A DNA stretch of 64,000 nt, from contig DATNFA010000119.1 in NCBI GenBank assembly GCA_035606615.1, positions 800-64,799 on the forward strand, given 5' to 3'. Below the pieces are notes generated by a model. It ran no database searches. It saw only the letters and a list, made by a program, of their open reading frames with translations, and was not told the DNA's origin. Position 1 is the first letter of the stretch; the number at the start of each line of letters is the position of its first letter. The position numbers and the translations under genes were made by a program. The DNA is from Steroidobacteraceae bacterium. Lineage in GTDB: Bacteria > Pseudomonadota > Gammaproteobacteria > Steroidobacterales > Steroidobacteraceae. Positions 51,199-60,820 of the stretch are shown here, piece after piece.

Positions 51199-52032
51199 TC
51201 AGCGTCGCCGCGCGCGCGTCGTCTTGCGCTTTGCTGTGCGCTTGGCGGTCTTGCGACGGACCGGTCGCTTCGCGGCTGCCTTGCGTGCGGGCTTGCGGCG
51301 GACTTTCGACTTCTTCGCAGCGGCCTTCTTCTTGCGCGCGACGGGTCGCGTCTTGCGCGTCGTCACCTTCATCTTCTCCGCCGGCACTGGCTTCGCCAGC
51401 GCCGCTGCTTCCATGCGCTCGAAAACTTCTTCCAGCGCGCCCTCGCCCGCCACGACCCGCAGCAACCCGAGCTTGGAGTAGTGCTCGATCAACGGCTGTG
51501 TCTGCGTCTGGTAGACCTCGAGGCGCTTCGCGACGACGTCTTCCTTGTCGTCGGGACGCTGGTACAACTGCGCACCGTCGCGCGAGCACGTACTCACACC
51601 CGGCGGCAGCGAGTGAATGTTGTACACGGTGCCGCATGTCGGACACGTGCGTCGTCCTGCGAGCCGCTTCATCAACGTCTCGCGGCGCACGTCGAGCTGC
51701 AACACTGCATCGATCGGCTGGCCGAGCTCCTGCAGCAGCGTGTTGAGGGAATTCGCCTGTTCAGCGTTGCGGGGAAAGCCGTCGAGGATGAAGCCGCCTG
51801 CGGCATCCGGCTTGCGCAACCGATCGCGGATCAGGCCGAGCACGATGTCGTCCGAGACCAGCTGTCCGGAGTCCATGACCGACTTCGCCTTGCGGCCGAG
51901 CTCGGTCCCGCGTGCGACAGCATCGCGCAGCAGATCGCCGGACGAGACTTGCGGCACGCCGTACTTGGCCTGCAGGCGTTGCGCCTGCGTTCCCTTGCCC
52001 GATCCGGGCGCCCCCAGCAACACGATCCGCAT
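51199..52032 (-). CDS. adk: Adenylate kinase with Zn-type LID and Lys/Arg-rich C-terminal tail
   Basis: LLGAPGSGKGT, LDGFPR, RRTCPTC...CSRD, QRPDD. Start trimmed to ATG 52032. Confidence 0.95.
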   Translation of the reverse strand: MRIVLLGAPGSGKGTQAQRLQAKYGVPQVSSGDLLRDAVARGTELGRKAKSVMDSGQLVSDDIVLGLIRDRLRKPDAAGGFILDGFPRNAEQANSLNTLLQELGQPIDAVLQLDVRRETLMKRLAGRRTCPTCGTVYNIHSLPPGVSTCSRDGAQLYQRPDDKEDVVAKRLEVYQTQTQPLIEHYSKLGLLRVVAGEGALEEVFERMEAAALAKPVPAEKMKVTTRKTRPVARKKKAAAKKSKVRRKPARKAAAKRPVRRKTAKRTAKRKTTRARRR

Positions 52033-52156
52033 AGTCGATCCGGCCCTCCCCAAAGGAGGCGCTACCCTACAGAAAAGAGGGACCGCTGGGTACTGGGCAA
52101 GCCCTTCCTTGATATCCTTCCGCGCCCCGAATCTGGCCAAGAACAAGGTCCCAGCC

Positions 52157-53428
52157 ATGCCCTCCGCCAAGCCCCGCAACGCCTTCTATGCCCAGTCCGG
52201 CGGCGTCACCGCCGTGATCAATGCCTCTGCCTGCGGCGTCATCGAGACTTGCCGCAAGCACAAGAATCGCATCGCCAAGGTGTATGCAGGCCGGCACGGC
52301 ATCGTCGGCGCACTGACCGAGGACCTGATCGACACCAGCAAGGAATCCGCGGCGGCGATCCGCGCCCTGCGCCACACGCCGTCCGGCGCGTTCGGCTCGG
52401 CGCGCTACAAGCTGAAAAAATTCGAGGACAACCCGGCGCAGTACGAGCGGCTGATCGAGGTCTTCAAGGCGCACGACATCGGCTATTTCTTCTACAACGG
52501 CGGCGGCGATTCCGCCGACACCTGCCTGAAGGTCGCGCAGCTCGCCGACCAGCGCGGCGTCGCGATCCAGGCGGTGCACGTGCCGAAGACGGTCGACAAC
52601 GATCTGCCGATCACCGACTGCTGCCCGGGTTTCGGCTCGGTCGCAAAATATGTCGCAGTGTCGATTCGCGAAGCGGGCTTCGACGTGGCCTCGATGGCCA
52701 AGACCTCGACCAAGGTGTTCATCATGGAAGTGATGGGCCGGCACGCCGGCTGGATCGCCGCGGCCGGCGGTCTCGCTGCAGAAAAAACCGGCGATGCGCC
52801 GCACATCATCCTGTTTCCGGAAATCAAGTTCGACGAAGAGAAGTTCTGCGCGCGCGTCAAGGAGTGCGTCGAAAAGTACGGCTATTGCGCGGTCGTGGTT
52901 TCCGAAGGCGTGAAGAACGCCGAAGGCAAATTTCTTTCGGACGCGGGCCTGCGCGATGCATTCGGGCATGCACAGCTCGGCGGCGTCGCCCCGGTGATCG
53001 CGCAGCTGGTGAAGTCGAAGCTCAACTACAAATACCACTGGGCGGTTGCCGATTATCTGCAGCGCGCCGCCCGCCACATCGCTTCGAAGGTGGACGTCGA
53101 GCAGGCATATGCCGTCGGTAAGGCCGCGGTCGAGCTCGCGCTCAAAGGCCAGAACTCCGTGATGCCGACGATCGTTCGCACTGCAGACAAACCGTACAAG
53201 TGGAAGATCGGCGTCGCGCCGCTGGCCCAGGTAGCGAACCAGGAAAAGATGCTGCCGCGTGACTACATCAGCGAAGACGGCATGCACATCACCACCAAGG
53301 CGCGCCGCTACCTGCTGCCCCTCATCAAGGGCGAGGACTACCCGCCGTACAAGGACGGTCTGCCGCAGTACGTGACGCTGAAGAACGCCCCGGTGCGCAA
53401 GAAGCTCGCCGAACCCTTTGTGGTATAG
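52157..53428 (+). CDS. 6-phosphofructokinase, probably pyrophosphate-dependent
   Basis: AQSGGVTAVIN, NGGGDS, PKTVDND, MGRHAGW. Start trimmed to ATG 52157. Confidence 0.92.
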   Translation: MPSAKPRNAFYAQSGGVTAVINASACGVIETCRKHKNRIAKVYAGRHGIVGALTEDLIDTSKESAAAIRALRHTPSGAFGSARYKLKKFEDNPAQYERLIEVFKAHDIGYFFYNGGGDSADTCLKVAQLADQRGVAIQAVHVPKTVDNDLPITDCCPGFGSVAKYVAVSIREAGFDVASMAKTSTKVFIMEVMGRHAGWIAAAGGLAAEKTGDAPHIILFPEIKFDEEKFCARVKECVEKYGYCAVVVSEGVKNAEGKFLSDAGLRDAFGHAQLGGVAPVIAQLVKSKLNYKYHWAVADYLQRAARHIASKVDVEQAYAVGKAAVELALKGQNSVMPTIVRTADKPYKWKIGVAPLAQVANQEKMLPRDYISEDGMHITTKARRYLLPLIKGEDYPPYKDGLPQYVTLKNAPVRKKLAEPFVV

Positions 53429-53488
53429 TTCCGCGCCTTTTTTCAGGCATCCCAACACAACGCAGCCCCTTAAGAGGGAGGAAATTTG

Positions 53489-55525
53489 ATGTCCACTGAT
53501 GTCGCGCTTTGGCTCGCGATCGGCGCCGGCGTGCTCGCCGTGGTGTACGGCTTGTTCTCGGTCGCCTGGATCAACAAGCAGTCCGCCGGCACTGCGCGCA
53601 TGCAGGAAATTGCCGCCGCCATTCAGGCCGGCGCGCGCGCCTACCTCAATCGCCAGTACACGACGATCGGCATCGTCGGTGTCGTGCTGCTCGTCGTGCT
53701 CGGCTTCGCGCTCGACTGGCAGACCGCTGGCGGCTTCGCAGTCGGCGCCGTGCTCTCGGGCCTGGCCGGCTTCATCGGCATGAACGTCTCGGTGCGCGCC
53801 AACGTGCGCACGGCGCAGGCAGCCAGCGTCGGCTTGAATCCGGCGCTCGCAGTTGCGTTCCGCGGCGGTGCCATCACCGGCATGCTCGTCGTCGGTCTCG
53901 GCCTCATCGGCGTCGCGGGCTACTTCGGGCTGCTCGGCGCGGACAAAGACGCGTTGCACGCTCTGATCGGCCTCGCCTTCGGCGGCTCGCTGATCTCGAT
54001 CTTCGCGCGACTCGGCGGCGGCATCTTCACCAAGGGCGCCGACGTCGGCGCCGACCTCGTCGGCAAGGTCGAAGCCGGAATTCCCGAGGACGACCCGCGT
54101 AACCCCGCGGTCATCGCCGACAACGTTGGCGACAACGTCGGTGACTGCGCCGGCATGGCGGCGGACCTGTTCGAAACCTACGCGGTCACGATCGTCGCAA
54201 CGATGGTGCTCGGCGGCCTGATGTTCACGGCTGCCGACGGCGGGCTCGACATGCGTTACGTGTTGTTCCCGCTCGTGCTCGGCGCAGTGTCGATCGTCGC
54301 CTCGATCGTCGGCACTTTCTTCGTGAAGGCGAGCGAGGGCGGCAAGATCATGAACGCGCTCTACCGCGGCACCGCCGTCTCCGGCGTGATCGCGCTCATC
54401 GCGTTCTTCTTCGTCACGCCGCGCGTGATCGGCGAAGGTTCGATGAATCTGTTCTGGTGCGCCGTCATCGGTCTCGGCCTCACCGCCGCGCTGATCTGGA
54501 TCACCGAGTACTACACCGCGACCGAGTACAAGCCGGTGCGCGGTGTCGCCGCTGCTTCGCAGACCGGCCACGGCACCAACGTGATCGCAGGCCTTGCCGT
54601 GTCGATGCGCTCGACCGCCTGGCCGGTGCTCGCGGTGTGTGCTGCGATCTGGGGTTCCTACACGCTCGGCAACCTGTATGGGATCGCGATCGCCGCGACA
54701 GCGATGCTATCGATGGCCGGCATGATCGTCGCGCTCGACGCCTACGGCCCGATCACCGACAACGGCGGCGGCATCGCCGAGATGTCGGGTCTGCCGAAGG
54801 AAGTGCGCAAGATCACCGACGCGCTCGATGCAGTCGGTAATACGACCAAGGCTGTGACCAAGGGTTACGCGATCGGCTCGGCCGGCCTTGCGGCGCTCGT
54901 GCTGTTCGCCGACTACACGCACAACCTCGATGCGCTGGGCAAGTTGCAGGCGTTCAGCCTGTCCGACCCCGCTGTCATCATCGGCCTGTTCATCGGCGGT
55001 CTCGTACCGTACCTGTTCGGCGCGATGGCGATGGAAGCAGTCGGCCGCGCGGCCGGCTCGGTCGTCGTCGAAGTGCGCCGTCAGTTCCGCGAGATCAAGG
55101 GCATCATGGAAGGCACGGGCAAGCCCGACTACTCGAAGGCGGTCGACATGCTGACGCGCGCGGCGATCAAGGAAATGATCGTGCCCTCGCTCCTGCCGAT
55201 CCTGGTGCCGGTGATCGTCGCCTTCGGCATGAACTTCCTGATGGGCGAAGGCGCCGGCGTGCGCGCGCTCGGCGGCCTGCTGATCGGCACGATCGTCACC
55301 GGCCTGTTCGTCGCGATCTCGATGTGCACCGGCGGCGGCGCGTGGGACAACGCGAAGAAGTACATCGAGGAAGGCAACTTCGGCGGCAAGGGCTCGGAGA
55401 CGCACAAAGCCGCGGTCACGGGCGACACGGTCGGCGATCCCTACAAGGACACCGCGGGCCCGGCGATCAACCCGCTGATCAAGATCATCAACATCGTGGC
55501 CCTGCTGCTGGTGCCATTGCTCTAA
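53489..55525 (+). CDS. hppA: Membrane H+-translocating pyrophosphatase (K+-independent type)
   Basis: [44 protein letters not shown]; GGAGG 7 nt upstream of the ATG. Confidence 0.96.
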   Translation: MSTDVALWLAIGAGVLAVVYGLFSVAWINKQSAGTARMQEIAAAIQAGARAYLNRQYTTIGIVGVVLLVVLGFALDWQTAGGFAVGAVLSGLAGFIGMNVSVRANVRTAQAASVGLNPALAVAFRGGAITGMLVVGLGLIGVAGYFGLLGADKDALHALIGLAFGGSLISIFARLGGGIFTKGADVGADLVGKVEAGIPEDDPRNPAVIADNVGDNVGDCAGMAADLFETYAVTIVATMVLGGLMFTAADGGLDMRYVLFPLVLGAVSIVASIVGTFFVKASEGGKIMNALYRGTAVSGVIALIAFFFVTPRVIGEGSMNLFWCAVIGLGLTAALIWITEYYTATEYKPVRGVAAASQTGHGTNVIAGLAVSMRSTAWPVLAVCAAIWGSYTLGNLYGIAIAATAMLSMAGMIVALDAYGPITDNGGGIAEMSGLPKEVRKITDALDAVGNTTKAVTKGYAIGSAGLAALVLFADYTHNLDALGKLQAFSLSDPAVIIGLFIGGLVPYLFGAMAMEAVGRAAGSVVVEVRRQFREIKGIMEGTGKPDYSKAVDMLTRAAIKEMIVPSLLPILVPVIVAFGMNFLMGEGAGVRALGGLLIGTIVTGLFVAISMCTGGGAWDNAKKYIEEGNFGGKGSETHKAAVTGDTVGDPYKDTAGPAINPLIKIINIVALLLVPLL

Positions 55526-55532
55526 AGATCGA

Positions 55533-55593
55533 AGCCCGACCTACTCGTTGCAGTGTAGGTCGGGCTCTCTTGTGGGTCAGGCTTCAGCCTGAC
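55533..55593. repeat. REP cluster: inverted pair AGCCCGACCTAC / GTAGGTCGGGCT plus GTGG-GTCAGGCT-TC-AGCCTGAC
   Basis: 12-bp perfect inverted repeat (55533-55544 / 55555-55566) followed by a full palindrome (55572-55593). Confidence 0.8.
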
Positions 55594-55603
55594 TCCTGAA
55601 TCT

Positions 55604-57022
55604 TCAGCGAGTAATCGCCCGCTCTTTCAGAAACGCGTTGATCTTCTCCAGATCCGCCCGATCGAGCGTCCCCGTAGCGATCTGCAACTGCAGGACGTTC
55701 AAGATGTAGTCATAGCGGCTACGTGAGTACGTGGTCTGCGCGTCGAACAGCTGGCGACGAGACTGCAGCACGTCGACTGTGGTGCGAGTGCCGACTTCGA
55801 ATCCAGCTTCGGTCGCTTGCAGCGCCGTGCGGCTGGATTCCAGCGCCTGCTTGGACGCTTTCACGCGCGACATCTCGCTCAGCACTCCGAGATACGCATC
55901 GCGCGCGGCACGCTCAGTCTCACGATTGGTGCGTTCGAGCCGCTCGCGCGCCGCACGATGCAGATACACGCGCTGGCGCACGCGCGATGAGGTCGCGCCG
56001 CCGGAGTAGATCGGCACTGTGACCTGGATGCCGATCGAGTCGGTCGTTTGCGTCTGATCTGCCGGACTGCCGATCGGCGCGCCGTTGACGTTGCGGCTGA
56101 CCTGATCGCCGTCGAAGTCCTGGTCGTCGCGGCTCGCAACGATATCGAAGCTCGGCAGATGACCGGAACGCGCCACTGTCACGTCCTGCTTCGCAATGTC
56201 GGTGGCGAGCCGCGCGGAAACCACACGTAGGTTCTGATCGAGCGCGGAAGTGACCCACTGCTCTTCGTCCGCGGGACTCGGCGATTCGAGTGGCAGATCG
56301 TCGATCGGACCGGCGAGGCTGTCGAACGATTCACCTGTCAGCTCACGCAGGAGCTCTTGTGCAGTAGCCAGAGCGCGCTTCGCTGCAATGACAGCCGCGG
56401 CGGCTTGATCGTGCGCGGCGCGCGCTTCCTGAACGTCGGTGATCGCGATCAGACCGACCTCGAAGCGCTTGTCCGCCTGCTCGAGCTGGCGCGAGAACGC
56501 TTCGAGTGTCGCCTGCGCGGCATCGACGGTGTCCTGGGCCGCGAGCACATCGAAGTAGCGCTGAGACGTGCGCAGGATCAGGTCCTGTTGCGCAGCCTGG
56601 TAATCGGCTTCCGCCTGAGCAACTTGCGCGTCGGCGCGGCGCAGAGCTGCCCACTGATCCCAGTGGAACAGCGGCTGAGTCAGCGTCACGTCGTACCGGC
56701 GCGCCTTGTAATCACTGTCGGTGCTGATGTCGCGCGCGGCGAGATCGCTGTTCGGATCGGCAGGATTCTCCGGCGTGAGCGTCGTCCGCGAGAAATCCTG
56801 GCTCACGTCGCTGTACGAGCCGGTCGCGTTCAGCTGCGGCAGCAGCGCGGCCAACGCCTGCGGCTTCGACTCGCGACTGGCCAGCCGGTTCGCGTCGGCT
56901 TCGCGGATCTGCGGATCGTTCTGCAGCGCCCGCTCGTAGACGCTCAAAAGGTCGGCGGCCTGAAGGACGCCAGCGAACAGCGAGAGACCGCAAGCCGCAA
57001 GGATCCGCGCACGTAACGTCAT
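55604..57022 (-). CDS. tolC: TolC-family outer-membrane channel
   Basis: Signal peptide, RYFDVLAA, FEVGLIAITDV, SGHLP, GFEVGTRTTVDVL. Start trimmed to ATG 57022. Confidence 0.93.
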   Translation of the reverse strand: MTLRARILAACGLSLFAGVLQAADLLSVYERALQNDPQIREADANRLASRESKPQALAALLPQLNATGSYSDVSQDFSRTTLTPENPADPNSDLAARDISTDSDYKARRYDVTLTQPLFHWDQWAALRRADAQVAQAEADYQAAQQDLILRTSQRYFDVLAAQDTVDAAQATLEAFSRQLEQADKRFEVGLIAITDVQEARAAHDQAAAAVIAAKRALATAQELLRELTGESFDSLAGPIDDLPLESPSPADEEQWVTSALDQNLRVVSARLATDIAKQDVTVARSGHLPSFDIVASRDDQDFDGDQVSRNVNGAPIGSPADQTQTTDSIGIQVTVPIYSGGATSSRVRQRVYLHRAARERLERTNRETERAARDAYLGVLSEMSRVKASKQALESSRTALQATEAGFEVGTRTTVDVLQSRRQLFDAQTTYSRSRYDYILNVLQLQIATGTLDRADLEKINAFLKERAITR

Positions 57023-57188
57023 TTTGTTTGTTCCCGTCGGCGCCTCGCGGGCGCCGGTTGCAAGACAAAGTCGCGCAATGATGACACGACCGCGATTTAA
57101 TTTTAGGAGCGACCGGCCAACAGCAAGCTGCAGCCGGCGACCCGCGCGTTCGGACACCTCGGACACCGACCGTCCGCAGTTGGACGCG

Positions 57189-57509
57189 TCAGTACGTCGG
57201 GATGGTTGCATCCAGCTCGCGGGACCAGGCCAGGATGCCGCCGGCAAGATTGACCGCCTGGAAACCGTTTTGTTGCAGGAAGTTCGCGACCTGCAAGCTG
57301 CGGCGACCCGAGCGGCACAGCACGACCACTTCGCGAGTGCGATCGAGCTCGCCGAGCCGATCGGCAACCTCGCCCATCGGAATGTGGACGACGTCCGGCA
57401 CGCTGGCCACGCCCAGCTCCCACTCCTCACGAACGTCAAGCAACGTCAGCGACTCGCCGCGCGAGCGGCGTTCGACGAATTCGGTCGGAGTGATTTCGGC
57501 AACGGCCAT
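57189..57509 (-). CDS. Single-domain rhodanese
   Basis: LLDVRE, HIPM, CRSGRRS active loop, NLAGGI. Confidence 0.92.
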   Translation of the reverse strand: MAVAEITPTEFVERRSRGESLTLLDVREEWELGVASVPDVVHIPMGEVADRLGELDRTREVVVLCRSGRRSLQVANFLQQNGFQAVNLAGGILAWSRELDATIPTY

Positions 57510-57554
57510 GACGAATGAAGTGAAAGACCCGGCTGGGGGCGGAAGGTTACAGGA

Positions 57555-58205
57555 TCAGAACACGAATGCCGATGGCCGCGGCGCGTTGACGAGCGGCTCG
57601 ATCACCGTCTCGAACAGCGCCTGGCGCTGCCACTCGCGCTCGCCGACGCGCACCACGCGCCATGCTTCCATGATCGGCGGCTGACCGACCACGACGAACA
57701 GCCGCCCGCCGATACGCAACGCCTGCTGGAAGCGCTCGTCGTAAGTCGGCAGCGAGCCGGTCACGGCTATGACGTCGTAGGCGGATTGCTCGTTCAGCTG
57801 CATGGCATCGGCCGCTTCCACCGACACGTTGTTGATCCGGGCCGCGAGCAGATTGGCGCGCGCCTGCTCGGCCAGCTCGGGAAAGATCTCCAGCGAGCGG
57901 ACGCGTGAGGCGAGCTTGCCGAGACACGCGGAGAGATAGCCGCTGCCAGCGCCGACTTCCAGGGCGACATCGCCATCGCCCACGGCTAGCGCCTGCAGGA
58001 TGCGCCCGTGAACCTTCGCCGGCAGCATCGTCTGGCCATGCGCCAGGGGGATCGCGGAGTCGGCGAACGCGACGTCGCGGTAACGCAGCGGCGCGAACTC
58101 CTCCCGCTGCACCTGGAGCATCGTCTGCAGGACTCGTTCGTCGAGCACGTCCCAGGTCCGGACCTGCTGCTCCACCATTTGTTCGCGCGCGGCTTCGAGA
58201 TTCAT
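57555..58205 (-). CDS. pcm: Protein-L-isoaspartate O-methyltransferase
   Basis: AREQMVEQQVRTWDV, LEVGAGSGY, YDVIAVTGS, GGRLFVVVG. Start trimmed to ATG 58205. Confidence 0.92.
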   Translation of the reverse strand: MNLEAAREQMVEQQVRTWDVLDERVLQTMLQVQREEFAPLRYRDVAFADSAIPLAHGQTMLPAKVHGRILQALAVGDGDVALEVGAGSGYLSACLGKLASRVRSLEIFPELAEQARANLLAARINNVSVEAADAMQLNEQSAYDVIAVTGSLPTYDERFQQALRIGGRLFVVVGQPPIMEAWRVVRVGEREWQRQALFETVIEPLVNAPRPSAFVF

Positions 58206-58501
58206 CGGCCAAGTCGGAATGCAAAACGAGGGCCGCAAAGGGTACGAACTTTGATTACGTCATACAAGTTTATGACCAACGCGAATTGTGGCCCTCCAGG
58301 CCGCCGATTCGTGTAAATGGCCGCGTACAATATGGTCAATCCGCGCGTTATCCAGCAGGAGCGTTCGTTATGCTCCCCGAACGAGAATCCAGATGTTGCG
58401 CGTGAGTTCGCTATTGCGGCTCAAGTTGTCGCGGTGCGGGGCGACAACCCAAAACAGGCCGCGCAAACGCAGGGGAAGCAGGACAAGACCGGCGGTTCAA
58501 T

Positions 58502-60820
58502 GTGGGCGCCCTTTTAGGGACTTTGGCTAGTGCTTTGGCTTTTGCGGTTGTGGTGCTGCTCGGCGTCCTCGTCTGGCGCGAGCGCCGTGCCGCCGCACTG
58601 ACGCGCGCCGCCGATCAGTTCGCCGCCATCGTGCGCGAGGGCCGCTTTGCCGACCGTGTGCACACGGGCAGCATCGCCGGCCGGCTGGCGGACAACGCCA
58701 ACCGCCTCCTCGAGCAGATGGCGATGCGCGACCTGATGATCAACGAGCGCGAGCGCTCGCTGGTCGGGCTGCTCGGCGGCCTGCACGAAGCGGTGGCGGT
58801 CCATCGCGAGCACGTCGTATTCGCCAACGACCGGTTCGCAGCCCTGGTCGGCAGCAACGACGGGCGACGGCTCGAAGGCAAGTCGCTCCCTGAGTTCGTT
58901 CATCCCGACTACACGGATCTGGTGCGCGAGCACCTGCGCCGCTCGCTCGCCGGCGAGCCCGGCCTCGAACGCCTGGAAGTCGAGTTGCACCCGCAGTCCG
59001 GACAAACCGCACGCGCCGAGTTGTCGGCGGTGCGTATCGATTACCAGGGCGGCCCCGCATTGCTGCTCAATCTCGTCGAAATGGGTCCGCGCGCGGCGGC
59101 TGTCCCGCTGCCCTCGCGCGCGCGCCCGACCGCGTGGGAGACGCTCGACTCGCTCGGCGAAGGCGTCATCACGACCGACGTCAGCGGTCGCATCGACTAC
59201 GTGAACCAGGTCGGCGAGCAGCTGATCGGCGTCAGCGCGGTCGATGCGATCGGCAAGAGCATCACCGACATCATCACGCTGCTCGACGAAGGCGACCGCC
59301 GCTCGCTCGGCGATCCCGTGCGACATTGCCTGACGACGCAGACGAAGGTGACCGTCGGCCGGCGCGGCCTGATGATCCTGCGCGGCGGCGGCGAGGAACG
59401 CTCGGTCGAGCTGACCGTCACGCCGCTGCGCTCGCAGAAGGGCGACCTGATCGGCACGGTGATCGTCGTGCGCGACGTCAGCGAGCTGCGCGGCATCACG
59501 CGCCAGATGTCGTACCAGGCGAGTCACGACGCGCTCACCGGCCTGGTCAATCGCCGCGAGTTCGAACGGCGCCTCGAAGAATCGCTCGAGCTGGCGCACT
59601 CCAACGAGGCGCGCCACGTGCTGTGTTATCTCGACCTCGATCGCTTCAAGGTCGTCAACGACAGCTGCGGTCACATGGCAGGCGACGGCATGCTGCGCGA
59701 AGTCGCCGCGCTCATCAAAGAGACGGTGCGCGATTCCGATACCGTCGGGCGCCTCGGCGGCGACGAGTTCGGTCTGCTGCTGGTCGGCTGTCCGCTGGAG
59801 AAGGCGCGCCAGATCGCCGACGACGTCGTCAACAAGGTCAACGATTACCGCTTCGTGTGGAAGGACAAGATCTTCAACATCGGCGTGAGCGTCGGCCTGA
59901 TCGAGCTGTCGCGCGAAAGCGGCGCGCCCGAAGAGGTGATGAGCGCCGCCGACTCCGCGTGCTACGTCGCGAAGCGCCAGGGCAACCACGTGCACGTCTA
60001 CTCGGCGCGCGACGAGGCCGTGGCGCGGCATCGCGGCGAGATCCAGTGGCTGCAGCGACTGCAATCGGCGCTCAAAGAGAACCGCTTCGAGTTGATGACA
60101 CAGACGATCGTCGCCACGACGCTGGATGCGAACGCGGGGCCGGCGCTGGAAATTCTGCTGCGACTGCAGGACGACAGCGTGCCCGGCGGCATCTCGCCCG
60201 CGGAATTCCTACGCGCCGCGGAGCGCTATCGATTGATGTCGGATGTCGATCGGTGGGTCGTGCAGACGACGCTGACCGCGCTCGGCCGCGGCGGCATCCG
60301 CCTGCCGCCGAACCGCAGCCTCGCGATCAATCTGTCGGGCCAGACGCTCGGCGATCCGACGTTCCTGGAGTACGTGGTCGACGTGCTCGATCGCACCGGC
60401 GTGCTGCCGACGCAGCTGTGCTTCGAGGTCACCGAGAATTCCGTGATCACGAACATCGAGCACGCGCAGCGCTTCATCGGCGTGCTGCACGGCATGGGCT
60501 GCCAGTTCGCGCTCGACGACTTCGGCCGCGGCCTGTCCTCGTTCGGCAACCTGAAGAATCTGGCGCTCGACTACCTGAAGATCGACGGCACGTTCATCCG
60601 CAACCTCGCCGTCGACTCCGTCAACCAGGCGATGGTCGCGGCGATGATCAAGCTCGCGCGCACGCTGAACTTCCAGGTGATCGCCGAGCAGGTCGAAGAC
60701 GCCGGCGCATTCGAAGCCGCGAAGCGCATGGGCGTGGATTTCGTGCAGGGTTATCACCTCGGCCGCCCACAGCCGCTCGCCCGTGCGGCTGCCACGCCCG
60801 CCACCCGCGCGCAGGCCTGA
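58502..60820 (+). CDS. Membrane-anchored PAS-PAS-GGDEF-EAL c-di-GMP enzyme
   Basis: N-terminal TM helix, two PAS-like segments, HDALTGLVNR, RDSD I-site and RLGGDEF, EILLRL, FEVTE, LDDFG, LKIDG. Confidence 0.93.
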   Translation: MGALLGTLASALAFAVVVLLGVLVWRERRAAALTRAADQFAAIVREGRFADRVHTGSIAGRLADNANRLLEQMAMRDLMINERERSLVGLLGGLHEAVAVHREHVVFANDRFAALVGSNDGRRLEGKSLPEFVHPDYTDLVREHLRRSLAGEPGLERLEVELHPQSGQTARAELSAVRIDYQGGPALLLNLVEMGPRAAAVPLPSRARPTAWETLDSLGEGVITTDVSGRIDYVNQVGEQLIGVSAVDAIGKSITDIITLLDEGDRRSLGDPVRHCLTTQTKVTVGRRGLMILRGGGEERSVELTVTPLRSQKGDLIGTVIVVRDVSELRGITRQMSYQASHDALTGLVNRREFERRLEESLELAHSNEARHVLCYLDLDRFKVVNDSCGHMAGDGMLREVAALIKETVRDSDTVGRLGGDEFGLLLVGCPLEKARQIADDVVNKVNDYRFVWKDKIFNIGVSVGLIELSRESGAPEEVMSAADSACYVAKRQGNHVHVYSARDEAVARHRGEIQWLQRLQSALKENRFELMTQTIVATTLDANAGPALEILLRLQDDSVPGGISPAEFLRAAERYRLMSDVDRWVVQTTLTALGRGGIRLPPNRSLAINLSGQTLGDPTFLEYVVDVLDRTGVLPTQLCFEVTENSVITNIEHAQRFIGVLHGMGCQFALDDFGRGLSSFGNLKNLALDYLKIDGTFIRNLAVDSVNQAMVAAMIKLARTLNFQVIAEQVEDAGAFEAAKRMGVDFVQGYHLGRPQPLARAAATPATRAQA

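Noticed and set aside
52067-54571. 834-aa minus-strand ORF, and similar long antisense ORFs (40393-42831 +, 61490-63601 -, 28594-30285 +, 20291-21946 -, 34586-36043 +, 33639-34664 +)
   Set aside because: They lie exactly opposite well-conserved genes, have no recognisable motifs, and are the expected shadow of high GC3 codon bias, which suppresses antisense stops.
58206-58290. Possible c-di-GMP-I or TPP riboswitch (GCAAA words present)
   Set aside because: The two GCAAA words are not set in the required P1/P2 stems with tetraloop-receptor, and no CTGAGA TPP core was found on either strand.
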